A stretch of 64,000 bases of DNA from Macrostomum lignano (taxonomy: Eukaryota), in assembly GCA_002269645.1 (NCBI GenBank), contig NIVC01002061.1, positions 62,001 through 126,000 on the forward strand. The letters are read 5' to 3'. The stretch's first letter is position 1. Each line of letters starts with the position of its first letter. The position numbers and the translations under genes are program-made. This document shows positions 51,584 to 61,320 of this stretch, in pieces. Below the pieces are notes generated by a model. The model searched no databases, had not been told where the DNA came from, and saw only the letters and a program-made list of their open reading frames with translations.

Positions 51584-51936
51584 CATGGTTGGCAAACTCC
51601 TCTTCCTCTCTCCAGCGCTCGGTCCTTTGAAACTTCAAAATAGCAATCCCGCCCGCTCAAGGTTCGCGACGCTTCTCAACTCCCCTTCTCCCTGCTCTCC
51701 TCTCCTCTTCCTTCTTTCCTCTTCTCTCCCTTCCACTTTCCCTTCCTTTCTCTCCCCTCCTATTTTATCCCTCTTCTCTTCTCGTATCTTTTCTTTTCCC
51801 GTTCCCTCAACTTTCCTTTCTCACATCTCTTTTCTCTCTTTTCTATTCCCTTTCCTCTCTTCCCCTCCTCTGGCCCGCATTCATGCGCTAGGTTCTCTGT
51901 CTGGCCCTTAAAAGGTAAAACTTTTGTCGACCCTTT
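51584..51936. mobile_element. hAT-Charlie-like MITE with CT-rich interior
   Basis: Left CATGGTTGGCAAACT; right (reverse complement) AAGGGTCGACAAAAG..TTAAGGGCCAGA..GCGGGCCAGA; similar right end at 49135-49170; flanks GCCTAGAA / CCTTAGAA. Confidence 0.5.
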
Positions 51937-52066
51937 CCTTAGAAAATATGGCTATGAAAAAACATACAGCTGGACGGAATAAGAACGTAACATTATAACA
52001 CATATGAATTATAAGACATTTATTATATGAAGATTGACCCTCTTAATTGCCAAAGTTTCAACTCAC

Positions 52067-52088
52067 CTTCGTCACGCCCTTCGGCCAT
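52067..52088 (-). CDS. Predicted initiator coding exon of GVIN1 homologue B (exon 52126-52067; MAEGRDE+G)
   Basis: Strong sites TTTTTTGCACAG| and AAG|GTGAGT; 22 coding nt (phase 1) join AT-GAG of the main exon to read MAEGRDEDEPPSMNRAI. Confidence 0.75.
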
Positions 52089-52244
52089 TTCGCTGCTCGC
52101 TCAGCCACCTGCAGCGCTTTCCAGGCCTGTGCAAAAAAGTAAAACGGTTTCCGCGTGTAGTTAAATGATCTTTGTAGAAGTAAACTAGCTATTTATATGT
52201 CTATCTCCGCTTGAACAGTTGCACCGACTACAGGCAGACCCACT

Positions 52245-52935
52245 CTGCGATGCCAAACCTAAACAGGAAAGTCTTTGAATATCTGATCTCACTCTTAACA
52301 GAACCGACCTCAGGGAGATGAGTGTGGTCCTAACCGGCCATGGATTGTTTAAGAGACATATCTTGCTTTAAACCGGCTGCCATACCACTTGTCTCATCAT
52401 AGAAGAGAAGAGAAGACCACGAAGCATCACGCTACCTTCTGCCCTTACTTCAATAAGGCGCGACACAAACAACTCGACTAAAGATTTTATCTATCAAAAT
52501 CCGCATGAATGAGCCACACAAAAAGCCAAAGTAAAAAGAAGTCCAAGCGAGATAAGACTAGTTTACAGAGGCAAAAAGTAAAGATAAGAGATAAGACGCT
52601 TAAAGGAGACGATTAGAGGTTGGTAGTGGAAACATAAGGTGATAAGAGTTTAACAGCCACACTTCATTCGAGATAGCAGTCAACATCAAGGTCAGCAGAG
52701 GTACCAGGCAAAGCCAGTCGGTGCGGTGCGGCCACCAAGACGGCGAGATAGCACGACTGGTGGGCGAGATAAAGCAATGGTCTGAGCGCAAAAATTCGGC
52801 CGACTGAAGAGGGAGAAGCAGCGGCCCCGCCCAACACCCATGACCGATGGCCTGGATGGGGTGGTCTGATGGGCGCAAAGATCAGAAAATGGACTCCAGA
52901 CTTCTTCTAATCACCCTGACTCAACCTAAACTAAA
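52245..52935 (+). mobile_element. 3' relic of an I/LOA/R1-like non-LTR retrotransposon
   Basis: [36 protein letters not shown] matches the LTGH..C..EET..H..CP zinc-knuckle tail; AACCTAAACTAA-like end near 52925. Confidence 0.6.
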
Positions 52936-53574
52936 ATAACATATTCCAGACACGAAATAATTTATCTCACCCCGTAGCAACCCGCTAGTTTAGTGTAAAA
53001 AATGTTGCTGCGTCTGTTTATTTGAACCCTGCGTTGCTAAGAGGGAATTCACCCCCTCCAGCGGCAGGGACGTGTCTTGACATAAAAAATACTTCAGTAG
53101 ACACGGCCTCGGCCCTTGAGCGGGACCTCTCGCTTTGTGCTGGAACTCTGTTCAGTAGGTCTCCCAAACACTTGATTTTTATTGTTTATCCTATATACTA
53201 AAAATTTATGCTAAAGCCACGGAAAGAATTTAACTAAAGAGATCTCTATCGTAAGCCATCTATCTAAAAATTCAATCAATATATCTCAACCACAAACTTC
53301 ACGATTCCCGCTTTACGGGACTGTGGACATAAAGCAGAAGCTCATCACCTTGCTGAGCACTTTGGCACCTGCAGGCTTAATTAATGTTAACAGTAACAGG
53401 AGTGCTTGCATACCAATTGTGCTTTCATTCACGGACCACTCTGCCAATATTGTGTACAAAATACGCGCAACTACAAGTATCTTCGATCAAACTGCCTTTC
53501 CTATATCCAAAGGTACAAATGAACCACCTTTCAGGCGATAAAGTGTACATATTAGTCGAACTGTGTACGACGTT

Positions 53575-53767
53575 GATTTTCCCGATTTACCAAAGGGATT
53601 CCAGCACAAGCAGCGAGTCAAGTCAGCGGTGCATCCGACAGCTCATCGGTTGCGCAGCCTAAGAGATTCGATGCAAAAAGACATCGACCAACTGCAGCAG
53701 CAAGGCATCATCGAGGAATTCAAGGCCCTGGATTGAGTGTGAAACCTAGTTGTGGTGCCAAAGTCTA
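53575..53767 (+). mobile_element. Ty3/gypsy reverse-transcriptase N-terminal relic
   Basis: KDIDQLQQQGIIEEFKALD*V*NLVVVPK matches the GIIE..S.WVSP.VVV.K motif, with stops at the W and S codons. Confidence 0.7.
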
Positions 53768-54189
53768 GACTCTAGACCAACAAAAAGGAACAACTCATTC
53801 TTTTACATTAACCTATACTTCTTATTCACTACTTTCAATAGTATCTAAATTAAAACTAATTCTTAGAAGTGAAAAAATTTACTGTAACCAGATTTGGAAA
53901 CGTTCCGTTGCATAACTCAATTTTGAACGAAAAGAAATGATAGTCACTTACCGATATTTGCCGATTCGTCTTTTGATTATTCTTTGTGGATTCTCAGTAA
54001 CCTGTAAAAGTAGAAATAAAAAGTACTGTAGATAACTTTTAGCTCTTGTACTCTCATATTCGGTGATGATAACTCCTGAGCTTTAGAATACCCAGCCATT
54101 GAAATTAAAGTACCTACATGTATCCTTTCTATTCTCGAGAAAGCATGCAAATTTATAATAATTTTGCCAATCTACGAGCGTAGCATGCA

Positions 54190-54440
54190 TGCACGAAGCG
54201 GAGCAGTTCAAGATCAGACGCGCCTGACTCGATCGCACCGCGCGACGTGGTTCAATTCCGTGCGCGGTCATATTTATTTGGGGCTTGTGCACGACATTTG
54301 GACTTGAGGACCAACCCCTCCCCCCAAAGCACATGAGAGTGTACATGCCTGACGGTTAGAAAGTAAGGGCTGCTATACACCCTGTGTGAGCGTGTGCATG
54401 AGTGCGTGTCTGTGTACAGTATTGGCGCGCTTGCGTGTGC
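54190..54440 (+). mobile_element. Diverged copy of the tRNA-derived SINE family
   Basis: GGTTCAATTCC B-box; GTACATGCCTGACG..TAAGGGCTGCTATACACCCTGTGTGAG core shared with the 33111-33470 copy. Confidence 0.65.
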
Positions 54441-54976
54441 TCAGAAATCAGCTAAGAATTGCCTCACCGCTTGCTATGCGACGATGCCCTCCTGTTATTA
54501 TTGTTGTTATTATTATTAATTATTATTATTACCATTTTAATATTGTTGGTACACATGTGTACACGTATTGGGCCTCTCTGATAACCAATACACACTGACT
54601 TTTCCACTTTTCCACGTGGTACATGGCATGCTGTAGTAAGGGACAGAGTTGCAGATCACAGCTTAAGCAATTATGTTTATCTGCAACATACTCTGATTCG
54701 TTGCTGATACCTGACAACTGCTGTGCAACGCAACAACAACTACGGCTCGTACAGTAACATGACTATATGTCAAAAATGTCTGCACTTACACAGCAAAATT
54801 AAACTAACTTCCCATTTTGAATTAACTTCGAACTCCTTTTTGTCCTACATGAATTATACATGTACTGAAGTACTATTCAACACGTCTGAATTTGTTAAAT
54901 ATAAACTGACATAAAGTGATCAAAGCCATTCCGAAATTAAATATCCAAACAAAATAGTCAGACTACCTTCACTTAC

Positions 54977-55030
54977 CTTCTCTGTCGGTAGTGTGCAGTT
55001 CGCTAGACTAACCAGTATTGAAACCGGTTT
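54977..55030 (-). other. Candidate first (5' UTR) exon of GVIN1 homologue B
   Basis: Perfect donor GAGAAG|GTAAGT (54976-54971) upstream of the 52126 acceptor; the link to the gene is inferred only. Confidence 0.4.
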
Positions 55031-55049
55031 TGAAGCAGCGCATTTTTAT

Positions 55050-55520
55050 TCTCAATTGGTATATCCTATTTATACACAGATTGTAGTATGGGTTGGTTCA
55101 ACATGGACGCACTTGCACTGGGGAGATAGGCGGCAATGATAAAGGATGTGGCGCAGCACCACAGCAATCTATAGGCCCAGGGGAGAGATAAGGGTTGTAA
55201 TTTGCGGAGAGATAGGGTGAGAGCGAGCACTTGCGCGAGGGTTTTCACAAACTCAAAATTTCACAACGCCGAAAACTACTGCATGGTTCTTGTTACAGTA
55301 AGTTTTCTGCGTTGTAAAAAGGTCCGCGGCAAGCTGGCGTAAGGCTCAGCCATGGATGTTGCTAAGCAGCGCTCGAACTTGTTGAGCCGGGTAAATAATA
55401 GCGTCATTCGCACGAAAAGTGCAGGTGCAGGCTTTTAGTTCGCTTTGCGCTCAGAGGGCGGTAGGCTATATCAGCTCTAGCCCCCACCCTTAGCCAACTT
55501 TGTCTGACGGCTTCTTACTC
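55050..55520 (-). mobile_element. Highly decayed LINE reverse-transcriptase relic
   Basis: AVRQ..(~35 aa)..FRANDAIIY..ALLSNIHG*A..QKT follows the GVRQG / YADD / LL..W..KT order, though poorly. Confidence 0.35.
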
Positions 55521-56364
55521 TCCGCTCTTCATGTACCTGTGTGCAACGTTAGTTGTCTAATCGCCAAACTGCTGCCACAAAATGCCTCTGCGTTAACTGC
55601 CTTTACTTCTCCCCCCCCCTGCGTGGTCTTTAGGTGCGTCCCTGTTAGACTTAGGCAAGCGAGGGCTTAGGGTGTTACCTGGGTTTTTTAATTAAAACAA
55701 AAAAGTGCAAAAATGAACTAGTTTCTTCATCAACATTAATATAGGCTTTCAATTGCTCGCAAGTGTATACAAAATGGGGTAGCTGAATTTTACCGTCCCA
55801 CTCTGCCATTTGATACGGTGTGCGATCCATTCAAGTTTCTGCAAAAAAACATTTGATAGAGCCAATTTTAAAGCAAAAGCTCGGTAAAGAAGAAAAGTAG
55901 CCAATTTCGCATCAGGATGCCAGGAAGACAAATATATCAGCACATTATTTCAATAAATTCATACAGTCTCAGACATGTTGACTGGTGGCTTTAGCAGTTG
56001 AATGGTTATTAGATCATGGTTGAAAACTAAATACCAACGGAAGCGGTTGGGTCGTAGCGAAAATCTGTTAGATTGATCTGTGCCTTTTACTCCCAGTAGG
56101 TGAGCGACTCAGATACTATAATGCCTGCCGCATTGCCAAATTTGAGCTGCCTCTGCCCTGAAAGCCAAAAAGGCTGTCATCAACTCTCCAACCTTGTTTC
56201 TTGTATGCCTGCCTTACAGTGCAGTACGGCAGCCATGCTCAGAGTCAGTTCCCGCAGCTGGGCTCCCCTGCCACCACCCAGTTTCAGTTTCAGATTGAGA
56301 TTTCAAAGAAAAAACAAAGTAACAAAAAGAAAATGGGTAACTTAAAAACACATGAATTGTTAGT

Positions 56365-56735
56365 ATGGGAGTGATGCTAAGGGAATGATGCTGAGGGGAG
56401 TGATGCTGAGTGGATAATGCAGAGGGGATGATGCTGAGTGGATAATGCTGAGCGGATAATGCTGAGCGGATGATGCTGGGGGAGTGATGCTGAGGGGATG
56501 ATGCTGAGTGGATAATGCTGAGGGAATGATGCTGAGGGGATGATCCTGAGGGGAGTGATGCTGAGGGAAGTGATGCTGAGGATATGATGCTGAGGGGATG
56601 ATGCTGGGGGAGTGATGCTGAGGGAAGTGATGCTGAGGATATGATGCTGAGGGGATGATGCTGGGGGAGTGATGCTGAGGGAAGTGATGCTGAGGATATG
56701 ATGCTGAGGGGATGATGCTGAGCGGGAATGATGTT
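56365..56735. repeat. G-rich (GATGCTGAGGGGAT/GAGT)n minisatellite
   Basis: Same motif family as 21365-21840. Confidence 0.93.
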
Positions 56736-57217
56736 GAGTTGGAACGATGGTGCGGAGGGAGCGATTTCAGCCCGGTAGCCATTTTATAGCTTGCTAGCTC
56801 CAGTTAGCTCATGTTCGTCTCAGTATGCACTGCGATTACGGTACGCAATTCCCTTCCACATTCAATTTAAACTATATGTGCAAAAGAGAACCATCGAGAC
56901 AAACCAGATGTTTTCAGCAGGACTGCAACACTTCCGGTCTCAGATCTCAGCTGACAGATCTCTACCACTCTCACACAGTCGCACGCACGGTTCCGCCAGC
57001 TCACAGCCTGCTCACTGCCTGCTTACAGCTATATTTATCCACAGCTTCCCATGCATCGCCGTTCAAGAAGCACCTCGGGGAGCCATTGGAGTTCTAAGAG
57101 AGCGAAGAAAATTAGCACATACAGGAGTACAGACTTATTGGAGGCGGCGACACAGAGAGACAGAAAGAGACAGGCGCAGGCGGGCGGGGGGAAGCAGGCG
57201 GGGAGGTTTCTGATTGA

Positions 57218-57714
57218 GAACTATCCGTAAATGAAGTTGATGAAGCCTTGATGAAGCTGCTGACATGATATACATGCAACAGTTCCCCAGCTGAAGGGAC
57301 GCGAGAAGTCGGGAGCGATCAGACGCTTTACGCCGGTCAAAAAGCAGATAAAATCTGTAGGCCTGTAAATCTGTACGAATTTTCATTGATGGGTCTCAAT
57401 TTTTAGAAAAATTGTTACGATATTTTCTCCCCTGCATTTAACAAATAATGCGTCTTTGCGTCTTCTCAGCTTTTCCACAATTGGCTCCTTAAAACCTCTT
57501 CAGGCTGGGCCCAAAAGTTTTCATCTCCGTTCCAGTCGGATGGTGAGCAATGCAAACCATAGACTATTGGCTCAGAACTTGACCACAGATATTTTCTATC
57601 TCCGTTCCGGTCGGCATGGTAAGCAATGCAAACCATAGACTATTGGCTCAGAACTTGACCACAGATATTTTCTATCTCCGTTCCGGTCGGCATGGTAAGC
57701 AATGCAAACCATAG
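57218..57714. repeat. Second copy of the 23420-24130 repeat, internally deleted, ending in a 76-bp tandem repeat
   Basis: GCAATGCAAACC at 57547, 57623 and 57699 (period 76). Confidence 0.7.
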
Positions 57715-59845
57715 AGAGTTCTGAAAGATCTAGCGCTCACAAAAACGCTGGCAGAATAGAAGGCTGATTCCACAGCTATAGATGGGCTATGGCCTCTAAT
57801 AGACAAAATTTGCCACTGTTTGTCTATCAATCTGTCAATCAAGAGCAACATCGCATGAGTAGCCAACTGTTAAATTGAGTTCATCTTATGATTTGCCACA
57901 ACTTTAGGTAATCCGTTTAAAATATTTTCCAAAACAATCTGGTATTTCGTTTCTTAGATCTCCCAGATCGAGCTTTCACTGTTGTCCATTTGAGTTTTCC
58001 CTTTTTTCATTGAAATTGCAACTTGTCCCCGAATAATTTTATAAGAAACTCCAAGAGAGCGCTTGCGACTGCTGCTCTCTAATTCTTGAAGAGGCTGTTG
58101 TCCTTCTTTTGTGAATGCTAGCGACTACTGGTTGTCAGGTCTGAGACTGACATTAGCGGCAAATCCTGTGATTCTGAGAAGACACCTGGCGCATCCCTTC
58201 TTTTGTTGCAATTCAAAATATCCCGTTCTTTGGACTACTCTTGTACCCAGGCAAAGCGTTTAACAACTAGCAGAGATCACCTTAGGTAGCAACTCGGTAT
58301 TCGCTAATACTAATTGTCGCAGGTGAAAAATAAAAGTGTAAAGATGAGTGTCTTCTGGCTGGACTCCTGACCCGGTTGTTCGGTGGCTTAGGCCTGGGTG
58401 AAATCAATAATATACGATATTTGTGCCAAGCTATCAGTACAGCTCCAAAGCTACTTTGCAATGCAATCAGGCGAACGGGATGGTTAAACATGGTTCTCCT
58501 GCATCCAAGCAATTAAGTTGCAGTCAAGGCTGTTGAGATATTCTGCGACTTCTTTTAGAAATATTGTATTTCCACGTTTCCACTGATTCCAAGGAAATTC
58601 TTGCAAGCACAACTAACACAGGCCTTCGATTTGCAGAGCCTTGCAGCCTTGCAGCTGAAGTCAAATACGTATTTGAGCTTCAATTCAGCTAAAAACTTGT
58701 CACCCAAGCTGATATTCAGGACCTTCGACACGTTGTAGAAAACTTGAGAATCTGCGTAGGAAGTTGGCTCATTTTGCCACAAACTTAAAAAACCCCACTA
58801 ACCTCAAATGCTAGTGACATTACATGCTGGTGGTGACCTAATTAAAGCTCTTCTGCTGTTCATTGTGGTCATGATTGAAGGTTAAAGAAGGCCATGTTAA
58901 AGAATTTCGGTCACACGAGACATGGCATCAAGGCAGCTGGAAGGTAAGCGGGCTCCTGCTGGCTGACCGAGTTTCTGCTGACCCAGGTGATCCTCTGAAA
59001 TTCACGATCTCAGTTAACCAATTCATTAGGAATAGAGGGTGGCCCGGCGTTCTGAAAATACCTCGAGGGGGTTGCTTTCATAAACGCAAAACTTCACAAC
59101 CGCTAAATCACTACTTCCATAAGCGCTGAATTTCATAAACACGAAACAGTTTCTGCTGCGTGGTAAAACTTCATGTTAATGAAACTTAGTTTTCTGCAAG
59201 AGGCTGAAAATCAATTATTCGGATTTATAAAACTACGGTCTATAAAAGCTATGAAGTGTTGGTGGTTTGAACGATTGAAGATCCAAGTCGAAGTTCCCGT
59301 CTCTCAAATGAACGCACTGTTGCACTGTACTTGTACGGAACTAAATAAACAGAATACGACAAAACAGGCGGCCAATTAAGTCTCTTTGAAATATTTACCA
59401 ATTTTATAACCCATAGAATTTGATCCCTGTAGCACTGTTTATTCGGCAACAAACTATACTTTTTGAACATTCCCCGTTTCTTCACACCCACCCTTTTATC
59501 GTTACTGTTGGAAATGACAAGCTAAGGCGAGCAATTGCTATGAGACGAGAATACGATAGCTCTGAGCCAATGCTCCGTGCGAAACTATTTATTATCAACG
59601 ATAAAGCACGAACCCGCGACAACCCCCCAACCCAGGACTAAAACTCACCGCACTGCACATTAGAGCACGATGACAATAATAACTTGATACGTACACTCAG
59701 ACTGAACAAAAGTACAAGCACCAGTGAAATAAGCAATCAAATAATAAACAGTGCGAAGCCCCGCCCAAGCCTAACACTGCTCCCCACAAAAAGCAGACAA
59801 AATTCAAAGACAGTCACTTGAAATCCCCACAGTCAATTTCACTCA

Positions 59846-61320
59846 TCAGTCCTTGTAGCAAACAGGCTGCCGAGGGCGAAACTCGTACGGCTCCCGGTGG
59901 CAAATGTTTCCGGGCTCCTGGCGCTCCAGGTCGAGCCGCGGGTCGTCTTCCATGGCAACCACCGGGTCAGTCAGCGCACCATCGGGTTCAGGTGTCTCAA
60001 GCCGCTTAGGAGAGTCCGGCCGGCCGGTCCACTGATTTGAGAGCGCCAGCCGCAGGCCACCGCCAGGCTGATTGGCCGGAGTGACAAGCGCCGTGTTCAG
60101 GCCGTGCTGCACCACGAACTTGGCTGGCACCGGAGGAGTTCCAGGTCGCATCCTCAGCCAGATTGGATCGCCAGCTTGCTCCGTCATTGTCAGCGGGTGT
60201 CGAAGCCGACGGCCCCACATGAGGATGTCTGGAGAGGCTGCGCGATTGCCGCTTGGCCGGCTGGTCCTTATCGTCAGCAACAGCTTTTGCAGAAAATGGT
60301 CGAACGGCACCACCTTAGTCCACGCTCTGAGACCATCCTTAATGATTCGCACCAGTCTCTCAGCTTGACCATTCGAGGCGGGATGATACGGCGGGGTGTG
60401 CAGTTCACGACAACCAATGCTGCGCAGCCACTGCGAGACCTTCTCCGACTTAAACTCCGGCGCATTGTCCGACACCAGCGTCTGAGGCACTCCATTCCTC
60501 GCAAAAACCGCTCTTAGAACACGCAGTACACTTTCTGCAGATCGATCAGGCACCTGAATCGCCTCAGGCCACCCTGAATAGGAGTCGGACAACAGCAGGA
60601 GCAGCCCAGCACCAGAGATCTCACAGTGGTCCATGTGAACTCGCGCCCATGGCTCACTCTCGGCTGGCCAGATGTCGATTTTCCGCTGAAGCACCGGTCG
60701 AGTTTCTGAGCACTGCCGACAGCGCTCTACAAAAGTCCGCACCTCGCGATCCAGGCCAGGCCACCAGAATTCCTTGGAGATGTGCGCCTTGGTGTTGTCA
60801 GCACTCGGGTGTACTTCGTCATGGGCCGCCTCCAGGATGCGCCTGCGGAGAATGGGTGGCGGCACAATTCTGGTTCCATGGATCACCAGGCCATCTTCGA
60901 CTGACAGAGCCTCACGACACGCCTTGTACGGTCTCTCCACCTGCGACACCTGGCCCCACCTGCCGGTTCTGATTCTCTGCCGGAGCCGTGTCAACAGCGA
61001 ACACCTCCGAGTTCCTTCACGTAACTCTTGCAAGGTCACCAGAGCCCCTTCAGTGACGACCTCAGACTCCAGCTGGTGAATTAAATCATTCTGTGCATCT
61101 TGCTCGGCAAAGCTCAAGCGTGACAAAGCATCAGCATCCGTCATCAGCCTCCCAGGCACGTACTCGACCACGTAATCGAAAGCCGACAGTCTCAAAGCCC
61201 AGCGCATTAGTCTTGCTGACACCGTTTTGGGGAGGTTTTTGCTCGGATTGAAAATATACTTTAGCGGCTCATGGTCGGTCTGGAGAGTAAACCTCTTGCC
61301 TAGCAGCATCTTGCAGAACT
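59846..61320 (-). CDS. Retroelement pol, C-terminal remnant of RNase H plus integrase
   Basis: FTLQTDHEPL..RLMRWALRL; HHCC finger H..H..C..C; DDE residues (HMDH, SDN, GQAER). Confidence 0.9.
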
